Numbered from the stretch's first letter, positions 46,503 to 56,303 are shown. The stretch is DNA of 64,000 bases from Gemmatimonadales bacterium (GCA_044229445.1 JBGASX010000012.1:4671-68670); one strand, 5' to 3'. Made by a program: numbers and translations. Notes: generated by a model from the letters alone, not told the origin.

Positions 46503-47264
46503 ATGGGGATCTTTGACCGTTTCTCGACGTTGCTCCGGTCGAACATCAACGACCTCATCTCCCGGGCGGAAAATCCCGAGAAGATGCTCAATCAGCTCAT
46601 CGCGGACATGAAGGGGCAGCTGGCCAAGGCGAAGCAGCAGGTCGCCTCCGCGATCGCCGATGAGAAGAAGCTGCAGGCCGACGCCGAGGCCATGAAGAAG
46701 CAGGCCGAGGACTGGGAGCGGCGCGCGATGCTCGCGGTGCAGGAGGGCCGGGACGATCTCGCCAAGCAGGCCCTCATGCGCTTCAACGAGGCGATGCAGG
46801 GGGCCCAGCAGCTGCACGAGACCTGGGTGAAGCACAAGGCCGAGACCGAAAACCTCAAGGGCTCGCTGCGCCAGCTCAACGACAAGATCGAAGAGGCGAA
46901 GCGCAAGAAGAACATTCTCATCGCCCGGGCCCGCCGCGCGGAGGCGCAGCAGCGGATCCAGGAGACGATGTCCGGAATGTCCGACAAGTCGGCCTTCGAG
47001 TCGTTCGAGCGGATGACGGAGAAGATCGAGAACCAGGAGCGGAAGGCCATCGCCGCCGCCGAACTCCAGAACGAGTTCGAGGGCGACAACCTGCTGCAGC
47101 AGTTCCAGGCGCTCGAGTACAAGGGAGCCCCAGACCAGCAACTGCTCGAACTGAAGGCCAAGATGGGGATGCTCGGTCCCGGCGGTGGCGGGGCGAAGCA
47201 GATCGGCAAGGGCGGCGATACCGTCGATGCCGAAGTGGTCGATGATGACGACGAGAAGAAGTGA
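46503..47264 (+). CDS. pspA: PspA/IM30 family protein
   Basis: 253-aa ORF with the N-terminus MGIFDRFSTLLRSNINDLISRAENPEKMLNQLIADM, typical of PspA/Vipp1. Coiled-coil composition throughout, with an acidic tail. Confidence 0.92.
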   Translation: MGIFDRFSTLLRSNINDLISRAENPEKMLNQLIADMKGQLAKAKQQVASAIADEKKLQADAEAMKKQAEDWERRAMLAVQEGRDDLAKQALMRFNEAMQGAQQLHETWVKHKAETENLKGSLRQLNDKIEEAKRKKNILIARARRAEAQQRIQETMSGMSDKSAFESFERMTEKIENQERKAIAAAELQNEFEGDNLLQQFQALEYKGAPDQQLLELKAKMGMLGPGGGGAKQIGKGGDTVDAEVVDDDDEKK

Positions 47265-47287
47265 CCGGTAACGGTCGTACAGGGCAC

Positions 47288-47330
47288 GAGGGGGTGGGCT
47301 CCGGCAGCGGGGCTCACCCCCTCCGCTTTT
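47288..47330 (+). terminator. rho-independent-type terminator after pspA
   Basis: GAGGGGGTG...CACCCCCTC stem followed by CGCTTTTCC. Confidence 0.6.
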
Positions 47331-47425
47331 CCGCACGACTCGCTAGCTTGTCTGTCGCCCGGGAGGAGGGTCCGGGGGCCCGGACGCCGTTCACTCCCCA
47401 ACTCTGACACTTCACGCCCAAATCC

Positions 47426-48511
47426 ATGCACGGCTCGCGCTTCCTGATTCTGGCCGACGGCGAATTCAATCCGCTGACCTCCAAGACGGCGAACTCGGTC
47501 ATCCGGTACCTTCCCGAGCGCATCGTGGCGGTGGTGGATCGCGTCCACGCCGGCAAGACCGTGCAGGAGGTCCTGGGCTTTGGCGGCGCGATCCCCGTCG
47601 TCGGCAGCATGGCCGAAGGGCTCGCGCGCCGGCCGGATGCGGTGCTGATCGGCATCGCGCCGGTCGGAGGCCGGCTCCCGGAGGAGTGGCGCCAGTGGCT
47701 GCTCGCGGCGATCGATGCCGGCTGCCATCTCTGGAGCGGGCTGCACACCTTCCTCGCCGACGATCCGCTCCTCGCCGAGCGTGCCCGGCTGAAGGGCGTC
47801 GACATTCACGACCTGCGCCGCCCTCCCGCCGATCTTCCGGTATCGTCCGGGAAGGCGAAGGCGGTCGACCCCTTCGTCATCCTCACCGTGGGCACCGACT
47901 GCAACGTCGGCAAGATGACGAGTCAGCTCCAGATCACGAAGCACCTCAACGCGCGCGGCCTGCGCACCCGCTTCGTCGCCACGGGGCAGACCGGCATCAT
48001 GATCGAGGGCTGGGGCATCGCCGTCGACGCCGTCGTCGCCGACTTCATCGCGGGTGCGGCCGAGTGGCTGGTGCTGGAGGGCAGCAAGGACGCCGATATC
48101 GTGCTGGTCGAGGGACAGGGGAGTCTCAATCACCCGGGCTACTCCGGCGTGACCTGTGGACTGCTCCATGGCTCCTGTCCCGATGCGCTGATCCTCTGCC
48201 ATCAGGCGACGCGTGAGTACATCGGAGACTACCGGAAGGCCTCCTGGCTCAGGATCCCGCCGCTGAGCGAGTACGTGCGCCTGTACGAGACCGTCGCCGG
48301 TTTCGTGCATCCGACGAAGACCATCGGCATCTCCCTCAACACCTACGATCTGAGCGAGGCTGATGCGAAGGCGGCGATCGCCGCCGCCGAGAAGGAGACC
48401 GGACTCCCGTGCACCGACCCGGTGCGGTTCGATCCTGCGCCGCTCGTCGACGCCGTGGCGCGGGCCCGCGATGCCTATCGTGCCGCGCGAAGCACGCGGC
48501 CGACCGACTGA
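47426..48511 (+). CDS. DUF1611-family protein
   Basis: 361-aa ORF with ILADGEFNPLTSKTA, IGIAPVGGRLPEEW, VGTDCNVGKMT and VATGQTGIMIEG, an ordering I recognise from DUF1611 proteins. Confidence 0.65.
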   Translation: MHGSRFLILADGEFNPLTSKTANSVIRYLPERIVAVVDRVHAGKTVQEVLGFGGAIPVVGSMAEGLARRPDAVLIGIAPVGGRLPEEWRQWLLAAIDAGCHLWSGLHTFLADDPLLAERARLKGVDIHDLRRPPADLPVSSGKAKAVDPFVILTVGTDCNVGKMTSQLQITKHLNARGLRTRFVATGQTGIMIEGWGIAVDAVVADFIAGAAEWLVLEGSKDADIVLVEGQGSLNHPGYSGVTCGLLHGSCPDALILCHQATREYIGDYRKASWLRIPPLSEYVRLYETVAGFVHPTKTIGISLNTYDLSEADAKAAIAAAEKETGLPCTDPVRFDPAPLVDAVARARDAYRAARSTRPTD

Positions 48512-49472
48512 GGCCGCCCGTTCCGTGACCGGTGCGCCCGCCCTGGCGATCGAGGCGCTCACCAAGCTCTATCCCGGTCCCCCCGACATACACGCGTTGC
48601 AGGGTGTCGATCTCGCGGTCGCGCCGGGCGAGATCTTCGCCCTCCTCGGTCCGAACGGGGCGGGGAAGACCACCACCGTCGGCGTCTGTACCACCAGAGT
48701 CCGCGCCACGAGCGGCCGGGTCACGCTCGACGGCCTCGACGTGCGCGCCAGCCCGGCGGCGGTCAAGCGGCGCATCGGGGTCGTCACCCAGTACAACACG
48801 CTCGATCGCGCCTGTACCGTCCGCGAGAACCTCTACTACCACTGCCGCTATTTCGGGATGAATGGCGCGGACTCCGCCGCACGGGCCGATGCCCTGCTGG
48901 AGCAGTTCCGTCTCGCCGACCGGGCGGGGGCCATGGCGGTGACGTTGTCCGGCGGGCTCGCGCAGCGGGTGCAGATTGCCCGGGCGATCGCCCATCATCC
49001 CCGCATGCTCTTCCTCGATGAACCCACGGCCGGCCTCGATCCGCAGAGTCGCCTGGCGCTCTGGGAGCTGATCGGGGAACTCCGGGCGAGCGGCCTGACG
49101 GTGCTTCTGACGACGCACTACATGGAGGAGGCCGACCGCCTCAGCGACCGCGTCGCCATCATCGATCACGGCAAGGTGCTGGTCATCGGGACCGCCGGGG
49201 AACTGAAACGGCAGGTCGGGGCGGGGACGATCGTCGAGGTCGAACTCGCGCGCACCGATGAGGCGCTTCGCCTCGCGATCGCCGACCTGCCTTCCGTCCG
49301 GGAGGTGCAGCCCTCCGTGCGCGGACTGCGCATTCTCGCGGATTCGCGGGAGGGCCTGCTGCCACGCCTGGTGGAGGTCACGCTGCCCTACGGGCTCCGC
49401 GACGTCTCGGTCTTCGAGCCGACGCTCGAGACGGTCTTCATTCAGCTCACCGGGCGCGACCTGCGTGAATAG
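48471..49472 (+). CDS. ABC transporter ATP-binding protein (ABC-2/DrrA-like)
   Basis: Walker A GPNGAGKTT, signature LSGGLAQR, Walker B MLFLDEP. The start is either the ATG at 48471 (41-nt overlap with the upstream gene) or the GTG at 48525. Confidence 0.85.
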   Translation: MPIVPREARGRPTEAARSVTGAPALAIEALTKLYPGPPDIHALQGVDLAVAPGEIFALLGPNGAGKTTTVGVCTTRVRATSGRVTLDGLDVRASPAAVKRRIGVVTQYNTLDRACTVRENLYYHCRYFGMNGADSAARADALLEQFRLADRAGAMAVTLSGGLAQRVQIARAIAHHPRMLFLDEPTAGLDPQSRLALWELIGELRASGLTVLLTTHYMEEADRLSDRVAIIDHGKVLVIGTAGELKRQVGAGTIVEVELARTDEALRLAIADLPSVREVQPSVRGLRILADSREGLLPRLVEVTLPYGLRDVSVFEPTLETVFIQLTGRDLRE

Positions 49473-50259
49473 CTATCTCGCGCCCCTGTGGGGCATGGTG
49501 CTCCGCGATCTCCGCGTGTTGCGGCGCAACCTGCTGCCGCTGGTCGTGCGCACGGTCATGAACCCGCTGATGTTCATCTTCGTCTTCACCTTCGTGCTCC
49601 CGAGGATCGGTCAGGCGTTCCAGGGTGGCGGGGGCGGCACTAGCTACGCCACGATCGTGGTGCCGGGACTCGTCGCGGTGGGGATGGTGTTCACCGGCAT
49701 CTCCGCCGTCGCACTTCCGCTATCAATCGAACTCGGCGGCACCCGCGAGATCGAGGACCGGGTGCTGGCTCCCATTCCCGTGGAACTGGTCGCGATCGAG
49801 AAGCTGGTGATGGGCGCGGTGCAGGGCATCCTCGGTGGGCTGGTGGTGTTCCCTCTGGTCTACGTCATCCCCGCTACCCCCGTCGAGGTCCATGTCGCCA
49901 GCTGGCCCCTGCTGGTCGCGGTCGTCCTGCTGGCAAGCCTGACCGCTGGCGCCCTCGGCCTCGCCCTCGGGACCATCGTTCGTCCGCAGCAGATCGGGCT
50001 GATGTTCGCCGTGGTGGTCGTGCCGATCACCTTTCTTGGCTGCGTCTACTACCCGTGGGCGCTCCTCCGGGCCATTCCCTGGTTACAGCTCGCCGTGCTG
50101 GTGAATCCGCTCGTCTACATGAGTGAGGGGCTCCGTGCTGCACTGACGCCGGCCACTCCGCACATGTCCCCCTGGGCATTTCTCGGTGCCCTGACAACCG
50201 CCACCCTCGCACTCGGATGGGTCGGCGTGCGGGCCTTCGTTCGTCGAACGCTGAGCTAG
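49465..50259 (+). CDS. ABC-2 type transporter permease
   Basis: The in-frame GTG at 49465 overlaps the ATPase stop; the alternative is the ATG at 49495. About 6 hydrophobic helices, in a typical ABC-2 layout after its ATPase. Confidence 0.75.
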   Translation: MNSYLAPLWGMVLRDLRVLRRNLLPLVVRTVMNPLMFIFVFTFVLPRIGQAFQGGGGGTSYATIVVPGLVAVGMVFTGISAVALPLSIELGGTREIEDRVLAPIPVELVAIEKLVMGAVQGILGGLVVFPLVYVIPATPVEVHVASWPLLVAVVLLASLTAGALGLALGTIVRPQQIGLMFAVVVVPITFLGCVYYPWALLRAIPWLQLAVLVNPLVYMSEGLRAALTPATPHMSPWAFLGALTTATLALGWVGVRAFVRRTLS

Positions 50260-50309
50260 CGCGTCCCGCTGTCGTCCGCGCCGCTGCGGCGGATTCGAAT
50301 CGAGACCCG

Positions 50310-51581
50310 ATGCCCGCAGAGTCCCGCCAGGCCACGAAGCCCGAGCGCTCCCTCCTTTCCGCGATCGGCCCCGGTGTCATTGCCGGTGCCGCGGACGACG
50401 ATCCTTCCGGCATCGCGACCTACACCGTGGTCGGCGCCCAGTACGGAACCTCGCTGCTCTGGACTGCACTGCTGACGTGGCCCCTCATGATGGCGGTCCA
50501 GCTCATGTGCGCCCGGATCGGGATGGTCACCGGGATCGGCCTGATCGACCTGCTCCGCCGGCGATTCCCGAAACCGCTCATCATCCTGTTCGCACTCGCG
50601 CTGCTGCTCGCCAACACGATCAACGTGGGAGCGGACCTGTCAGGGATGGCCGATGCCGCCGAGTTGTTCACGGGCATCAATTCACATCTGTTCGTGGTGC
50701 TGTTCGGTGCCGCGACCGCCTGGGCCACGATCCGGCTCCGCTACAGCCAGATCTCCGGGATTCTCAAGTGGCTCACCCTCGTGCTCTTGGCCTATGTGGT
50801 GACCGCGTTTCTGGTCGGCCCCGACTGGGGGCAGGTGCTGCACGACACCTTCGTGCCTTCCCTGCCGACAGGAAGTGGTTACTGGGCCGCGCTGGTCGCG
50901 ATTCTCGGGACCACGATCAGTCCCTACCTCTTCTTCTGGCAGGCCTCGCAGGAGGTTGAGGAGGAGAAGGCGATGGGCCGCACCCGGCCAAGGGAGCGCG
51001 AGGGAGCGACCGAGGGCGAGCTCCGGACGCGGACGATCGATGTCGGGGCGGGTACCCTGTTCTCGAACGTGGTCATGTTCTTCATCATCCTGACGGCTTC
51101 TCTCACGCTCCATGCCCATGGTCTTACCACAGTGCAGACCTCGGGTGAGGCCGCCATGGCGCTGAAGCCGCTCGCCGGTGCCTTCGCCTCTGGCCTGTAC
51201 GCCATCGGCGTCCTTGGTGTCGGCTTTCTGGCGATCCCGACACTCACCGCCTCGGCCGGGTACGCCCTGTCGGAGACCTTCGGGTGGCGGCAGGGTCTCG
51301 ATACGGGCTGGAACGGTGCCCCGGGTTTCTATGGCGTCGTCCTGGTGGCTACCATCGGCGGGGTGGCCATGGATTTCCTGAATCTGAATCCCGTATCGGC
51401 ACTCTTCTGGTCGGCGGTCATCAACGGGGTGCTGGCTCCATTCCTCCTGCTGGCCATCCTCGTCGTCTCCACCGACCATCAGCTGATGCGGCGCCAGCCC
51501 TCGGGTCGGCTCCTTCGTGTGTCGGTTTCGGTCGCCATCGTCGTCATGTTTGGCAGCCTCGCCGGGATGCTCTTCCTGTAA
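50310..51581 (+). CDS. mntH: NRAMP-family divalent metal cation transporter
   Basis: Start at the ATG at 50310. Contains GPGVIAGAADDDPSGIATY and PLMMAVQLMCARIGMVTG. 10-11 hydrophobic helices. Confidence 0.8.
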   Translation: MPAESRQATKPERSLLSAIGPGVIAGAADDDPSGIATYTVVGAQYGTSLLWTALLTWPLMMAVQLMCARIGMVTGIGLIDLLRRRFPKPLIILFALALLLANTINVGADLSGMADAAELFTGINSHLFVVLFGAATAWATIRLRYSQISGILKWLTLVLLAYVVTAFLVGPDWGQVLHDTFVPSLPTGSGYWAALVAILGTTISPYLFFWQASQEVEEEKAMGRTRPREREGATEGELRTRTIDVGAGTLFSNVVMFFIILTASLTLHAHGLTTVQTSGEAAMALKPLAGAFASGLYAIGVLGVGFLAIPTLTASAGYALSETFGWRQGLDTGWNGAPGFYGVVLVATIGGVAMDFLNLNPVSALFWSAVINGVLAPFLLLAILVVSTDHQLMRRQPSGRLLRVSVSVAIVVMFGSLAGMLFL

Positions 51582-51683
51582 CTGCCTCCGGCGCGGCGCT
51601 CATGAACGACCAGTTGCGCAAGCGGAGCCTGGTCCACATTGTGTGGAGTGAGCCACCGCGCCCGAAGGCGCAGGGAGGACCCG

Positions 51684-52346
51684 ATGCACACACTGCCGCC
51701 ACCCCGTCCCACCTGGCAGACCGGCGCCGCCGCGATCATCAGCGGTGCGGCGCACCTGTTGGTCATTGCATTGGTGCTTGCCGGGCCCAGCACGATGCAA
51801 TTCCTCGATGACTCGAAGATCCTCCCGGCCCTCTATCTCTACGCCCACGATCGGATCCCCTCCGAGGAGCGGGAGACCCGGCTGCCGATCCCCGCGCCGC
51901 CGGGGAACGGCGAGCTGATCAGCCGTCCGCCGGGAGGACTGCAGGTCGACCACCATACGTTGCCGCGCCAGACCAGGGTCCCCGGACTGGTTCCGCCGGG
52001 CCTCGCTTCCGCCCGGTTCGATTCCGTGTTCACCGTCCTGGGTGTCGATTCTGAAGTCGTGCGAATGGATGGCAGCGCGGCTCCGGCGTATCCGAATAAC
52101 CTCCTCGATGCCGGTATCGAGGGTTTCGTCGAAGCGGAGTTTGTGGTGGATACCAGCGGCTGGGTGGATCTGAGCAGTGTCCGCATTCTCAACAGCACCC
52201 ACCAGGACTTCTCGGCTTCAGTCAGGCTTGCACTCATGGGGATGCAGTTCCGCCCGGCGTGGCGGGGTGCCCGCAAAGTCCGGCAACTCGTGAGTCAGCG
52301 CTTCAGCTTCCGAATGGAACACCCAACACCTTCCACAACGCTCTGA
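51684..52346 (+). CDS. TonB-family energy transducer-like protein
   Basis: Start at the ATG at 51684. N-terminal TM helix (AAAIISGAAHLLVIALVLAG), a Pro-rich linker, and a C-terminal TonB-type domain (APAYPNNLLDAGIEGFVEAEFVVDTSGWVD...RPAWRGARKV). Confidence 0.65.
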   Translation: MHTLPPPRPTWQTGAAAIISGAAHLLVIALVLAGPSTMQFLDDSKILPALYLYAHDRIPSEERETRLPIPAPPGNGELISRPPGGLQVDHHTLPRQTRVPGLVPPGLASARFDSVFTVLGVDSEVVRMDGSAAPAYPNNLLDAGIEGFVEAEFVVDTSGWVDLSSVRILNSTHQDFSASVRLALMGMQFRPAWRGARKVRQLVSQRFSFRMEHPTPSTTL

Positions 52347-52384
52347 CCATCACCAAAGCGCTGGCTCGGCGTTCGGAACCAAAG

Positions 52385-52415
52385 AGGGCGACCCTGGCGG
52401 TCGCCCTTCCTGTTT
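52385..52415. terminator. candidate stem-loop terminator between the convergent tonB-like gene and nosY
   Basis: AGGGCGACC-ctggc-GGTCGCCCT followed by TCCTGTTT. Confidence 0.45.
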
Positions 52416-52443
52416 GCCGCACCACGCACGACGCGGGCTTGCG

Positions 52444-53235
52444 CTAGAAATCGCGGCGCTGGAAGCCGCGCTGGCCGAGCCAGAGCGGCAGGGCGGACCA
52501 GAGGAGGAGTGCCCCAGTCGCGACGCCGAGGCCGAGTACGGTGCCAAGGAAATGCTGGAATACCGCCCCGGTGTACCCCATGAGAGCCGCAACGTCGAGG
52601 TCGAGGAGCAGCAGGACTCGGCCCAGGTCGAGCGGGTTGAGCAGCATCAGCACGAGGAGCGGGGTCTCGAGCGGGTAGTTGCCGAAGATGGCGACAATGA
52701 GCAGCACCAGACCATCGTAAACCACGGCGCATGCCAGCCAGACCACCAGGGCTGCCCCGAAGCCGCGCGCGCGATCCTCGAAGCGGAGCGCGATGACGAA
52801 TGCCAGCGCCGTGAAGGCGCTCGTGAGCAGGGCACCGGTGCCGAGGAGCATCAACAGGGACCGCACCGGGACCGCGCCGTCGCTGGTGTGAAGCAGGAAA
52901 GGCAGGCCCACACCGACCAGGAGCGCGACGATCAGCGGCAGCACGAGGCCCGCCCACAGCCCGGCGAACATCGAGCGCCGGCCCACCGGTTGCGCGAGCA
53001 GCAGTTCGATGAACTCACGCGCCGAGTAGAGATACAGCGTTCCGAAGGTGAGGGCGACGAGCGGGACGAAGATCAGCACGATGTTGAGCAGCGACAGCAC
53101 CACTCGGCCGCCGTCCCCCCCCAGGCGGAAGAGCGCCTCGGTGAGGACCAGCAGCACGAGGGTGTAGGCGATCACCCACTTGTTGCGCAGCACATCCCGC
53201 AGCTGATAGCCCAGGATCTTCCCCGCGTTTCTCAT
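52444..53235 (-). CDS. nosY: nitrous-oxide reductase accessory ABC-2 permease NosY
   Basis: 263-aa six-helix ORF immediately downstream of, and overlapping, nosF within the nos cluster. Confidence 0.8.
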   Translation of the reverse strand: MRNAGKILGYQLRDVLRNKWVIAYTLVLLVLTEALFRLGGDGGRVVLSLLNIVLIFVPLVALTFGTLYLYSAREFIELLLAQPVGRRSMFAGLWAGLVLPLIVALLVGVGLPFLLHTSDGAVPVRSLLMLLGTGALLTSAFTALAFVIALRFEDRARGFGAALVVWLACAVVYDGLVLLIVAIFGNYPLETPLLVLMLLNPLDLGRVLLLLDLDVAALMGYTGAVFQHFLGTVLGLGVATGALLLWSALPLWLGQRGFQRRDF

Positions 53236-53960
53236 CCGGTCCCCTGCTGCATGAGGGCCGCGATGGCCCGCTCGAGGTTGGCGAAGCCGGTCATCTGCAT
53301 CAGCCGGGCGACCGGGCCGTGGAAGCGGATCTGCCCATCGAGCAGGAAGACGATGTCGTCGGCGAGTTCCTCGAGTTCGCTCAGGGTGTGGGAGGCCAGC
53401 AGCACTGAGGCGCCACGCTCCCGGGTGGCGAGCAGCTTGTCCTTGAAGATGCCGCTGGCGACCGGATCCAGGCCGGCCGTCGGCTCGTCGAGGATCAGCA
53501 ACTCCGGGCTGAACAGGAATGCGACGACGGCGGAGAGTTTCTGCCGGGTGCCGCCTGAGAGCGCCCGCACCGGCTTGCCGAGTTCTCCCTCGAGGCGGAA
53601 GCGCTCGAGCAACTCCAGGTCCCGTGCCGGCCCCGGTCCGCGCAGGTCGCCGATCATCGCCAGCACCTCGGCGCCGGTGAGGTTGTCCGGGAAGCGCGCC
53701 GCCTGCGGCATGTAGCCGATGCCGTGCCGGTAGCGCTCGTCGCCATTCACGGTGTGGCCGAGCACGGTGAGCAGGCCGGTGTCCGGCCGGACCAGGCCAA
53801 GCAGAGACTTGATGAATGTCGACTTGCCCGCCGCGTTCGGCCCGACGAGACCGGTGATCCGGCCCGGCTGGATCGCCAGATCGATTCCCTTGAGCACCTC
53901 CAGGCGTCCGAAGCGCTTCGTCAGCTTCGCGGCCTCGATCACGGGGCGCCCGGCGTTCAT
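53232..53960 (-). CDS. nosF: nitrous-oxide reductase accessory ABC ATPase NosF
   Basis: Walker A GPNAAGKST, signature LSGGTRQK, Walker B LLILDEP. Positioned between nosD and nosY. Confidence 0.88.
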   Translation of the reverse strand: MNAGRPVIEAAKLTKRFGRLEVLKGIDLAIQPGRITGLVGPNAAGKSTFIKSLLGLVRPDTGLLTVLGHTVNGDERYRHGIGYMPQAARFPDNLTGAEVLAMIGDLRGPGPARDLELLERFRLEGELGKPVRALSGGTRQKLSAVVAFLFSPELLILDEPTAGLDPVASGIFKDKLLATRERGASVLLASHTLSELEELADDIVFLLDGQIRFHGPVARLMQMTGFANLERAIAALMQQGTG

Positions 53961-55243
53961 TGCGCGCTCCAGTGCATGAGGGGCCGGCGGTCGACCATCG
54001 TCTGCGGGGTCAGCACCGGCGCCACCCGCTCCGCGGCATCCAGAAGCGACACGAAGAAGCTCCGCATGAGGATCAGGGCCGGCTCGCTTTGTTGCACCAC
54101 GAGCGCGAAGAGCCGTACCGGCGGGAAGGGGATATCACCGAAGCCATCGCGGTCGAGGTCGTAGCCGGTGTACCGGTCCCAGTAGTTCCCGTCGAACCCG
54201 CTGTTCGCGCTGGCGCTGTTGGTGGTGACATCAAAAGAATTGCCCTCGAAGCGATTGCCGTGGAAGACCGTCCCCTGCGCATCGGCCATGACCTCCACAC
54301 CCCATCCGTTGGTCAGGAACTCGTTCCCGCTGACCTCAACCCGGTTGGTGCCCTCCGCATACAGGCCGACCGAGTTGCTGCGGAAGCTGTTGTGCAGGAG
54401 GTGGCTGTCGGTGATCTCCTTGAGCAGCAGCCCGTATGAGCCGCTGCCCCAGCTGTGTTCAAAGCGGTTGCGCTCCATGTCGACGCCGTGGCTGTACATC
54501 ACGGCGACGCCGGCCCGGTTCCCGGTGAAGGTATTGTCGGTGTACGTGCAGTCGTTCGAGAACATGAAGTGCAGCCCGTAGCGAAGCGCGCGCGTGCTGA
54601 GATTGCGGCGGACGACGGCCCCGGTGGTAAACTCGAAGTAGATGCCGTCGCGATGCCCGCGGACCACATTGTCCTCGATCACCAGGTGACTCGAACTCCA
54701 GGAATGGATGGCGTTGCCGGCGAGCGATTCCGTCGTGCCGGAGCCGCGGACGCGGTTGTTCCGGATGAGGCAGCCGTCCACCTTCGAGAGGTAGATGCCG
54801 AAGAACGTGTCGAGAAGGGTGTTGTCCTCGAGGTGGCATCCCCGTGCGTCGATCACCTTGATCGCGGCCCGGTCGTCCGTGGCGCTCGGTGAGACGTCGC
54901 GGAGCACCAGGCCGGTGATCGTCACACTGTCCGCCGTGATCCGGAGAATCTGGTGGTCGCCCCCGTAAAAAACCGGCCAGCCCCGGCCGACGATCGTGAC
55001 GCGTCGGCTGACGAGGAGCTCCGCTTCATGGTAGTCACCCGTCTCGACCACGATCGTGTCCCCATCGCCTGCGTGTGCCAGCGCCGCCGTCAGCGTAGGA
55101 ATGGGAGAGCCCGGGGCGACCGTCCATCGAGCTGGCACGGAGCCCGTCCCTGCCGTGCCCGACCAGACCGCCAGGAGCAGGGCGCCGATCACGGGGAAGG
55201 CGAAGGCTGGTGTTGGTGCGGCGCGGAGAGCACCTCCCGCCAC
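53957..55243 (-). CDS. nosD: periplasmic beta-helix copper-processing protein NosD
   Basis: 428-aa ORF with repeated parallel-beta-helix units (e.g. NNRVRGSG, IEDNVVRGHRDGIYFEF, YTDNTFTGNRAGVAVMYS, EVSGNEFLTNGWGVEVM). The alternative GTG start at 55192 would give a GTGA overlap with the nosL stop. Confidence 0.88.
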   Translation of the reverse strand: MAGGALRAAPTPAFAFPVIGALLLAVWSGTAGTGSVPARWTVAPGSPIPTLTAALAHAGDGDTIVVETGDYHEAELLVSRRVTIVGRGWPVFYGGDHQILRITADSVTITGLVLRDVSPSATDDRAAIKVIDARGCHLEDNTLLDTFFGIYLSKVDGCLIRNNRVRGSGTTESLAGNAIHSWSSSHLVIEDNVVRGHRDGIYFEFTTGAVVRRNLSTRALRYGLHFMFSNDCTYTDNTFTGNRAGVAVMYSHGVDMERNRFEHSWGSGSYGLLLKEITDSHLLHNSFRSNSVGLYAEGTNRVEVSGNEFLTNGWGVEVMADAQGTVFHGNRFEGNSFDVTTNSASANSGFDGNYWDRYTGYDLDRDGFGDIPFPPVRLFALVVQQSEPALILMRSFFVSLLDAAERVAPVLTPQTMVDRRPLMHWSAQ

Positions 55244-55641
55244 GAGTGCAGCGCTCCGCCCATCGCCGCCCGCACGCTGTCCGCTTCGCGGCCCGCCCGG
55301 AGGGCGATCAACCCGCTGGCCATCGGGGTGCGCAGGCTGTCGGTCTGCAAATACACGGCGGAATCCGCCGGCAACCAGGTCCGCCGGTCGACGAAACTCG
55401 TGACCCAGGACGAAGCGACCGGCGCGCTGTTCTCGTCAAGCCAGGCCGCGAGACAGCCCACGTCGTCGAAGACGGTGATCTTGCCCGTCGTGGAAATGGC
55501 CTCCGCCGTGAAGCGGGCGTCGGCGACGGTCATGTGGCAGTGAGCGCACGACTCCGTGCCGAGGGCGATCGGCCGCGGCCCGCCCGGCCCGCAGGCCACC
55601 AGCAGGATAGCGCCAAGCAGCGCGGGGAGCAGGCGGGGCAC
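55189..55641 (-). CDS. nosL: copper chaperone lipoprotein NosL
   Basis: 150-aa ORF with lipobox LLVAC. Contains CAHCHMTV and VFDDVGCLAAWL, typical of NosL. Confidence 0.85.
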   Translation of the reverse strand: MPRLLPALLGAILLVACGPGGPRPIALGTESCAHCHMTVADARFTAEAISTTGKITVFDDVGCLAAWLDENSAPVASSWVTSFVDRRTWLPADSAVYLQTDSLRTPMASGLIALRAGREADSVRAAMGGALHSWREVLSAPHQHQPSPSP

Positions 55642-55646
55642 GGCGA

Positions 55647-56240
55647 TCAGGCGGTGACGGCGGGATGCCGGGTGGCCCGATACTCCCGCAGGACCAGCAT
55701 CAGGCCCACCAGCACTGCGGCCACGAGTACCCAGCCGCCCGAGGCAGGCCAGCTGGTTGCATGGAAGTTGAGCAGCTGTTTGTCGCCGATCAGCGGAGGC
55801 TGGTAGCTCATCCCCGTGATCTTGATGATGGCCTCGGGATCGAGATTGTGACCGTAGTCGTAGCCCCAGCGGTAGAAGTCGGCGAGCCCCGCGACCGCCC
55901 CGGCCACGAAGAGGCCCACCCAGGCGTAGAGCAGGCCACGCTTTCCGCTGGCGGCCGCCAGCAGTCCGAGGCCGATCAGCCCGCCGACGAAGATGGGCAT
56001 GAAGCGGAGCTCCGGGATCGACTCCGGGATGATCCGCTTCATGCCGATGTAGTGATTCAGATTGTTGATGCTGGTGAGGTCCTGCGGCTTCTCGCCGACG
56101 ATCTTGTTGATCCCGATATAGAGGCCGAGGCCTTCCGGATACTGGGGTGCCTCCAGGCCGATGTGCCAGAGCGGAAGCAGGTACACCAGGGCCAGCGAGA
56201 GCGAGGCGGCGGCCAGGACCAGGCGAGTCGAGCGCGACAT
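55647..56240 (-). CDS. nosB: integral membrane protein in the nosB position of clade II nos clusters
   Basis: 197-aa ORF with about 4 helices, directly downstream of nosZ. That position is where the clade II-specific nosB membrane gene is described. The assignment rests on synteny only. Confidence 0.6.
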   Translation of the reverse strand: MSRSTRLVLAAASLSLALVYLLPLWHIGLEAPQYPEGLGLYIGINKIVGEKPQDLTSINNLNHYIGMKRIIPESIPELRFMPIFVGGLIGLGLLAAASGKRGLLYAWVGLFVAGAVAGLADFYRWGYDYGHNLDPEAIIKITGMSYQPPLIGDKQLLNFHATSWPASGGWVLVAAVLVGLMLVLREYRATRHPAVTA

Positions 56241-56303
56241 AGAGATACCAGGCGGAATCGGGGGAGGACGGCGGTTCGCCGGCCTCCCCCTCCGTGAGTC
56301 AGT

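Noticed and set aside
46592-48565. 657-aa minus-strand ORF spanning pspA and DUF1611.
   Set aside because: It is antisense to two ORFs with strong family signatures, and its low-complexity Ser/Ala/Arg composition marks it as a shadow ORF.
48471-50259. Possibility that the ABC ATPase/permease pair is ccmA/ccmB, which are missing from the ccm set.
   Set aside because: The permease is about 265 aa with generic ABC-2 (DrrB/NodJ-like) features rather than CcmB-like ones. No ccmC/ccmD follow, and the pair lies 24 kb from ccmF. I treat it as a generic exporter.
55189-55243. A 55-nt nosL/nosD overlap, suggesting a wrong nosD start.
   Set aside because: An alternative GTG at 55192 (GTGA coupling) is possible, but it would remove the charged n-region of the signal peptide. 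I kept the longer ORF and noted the ambiguity in the feature entry.
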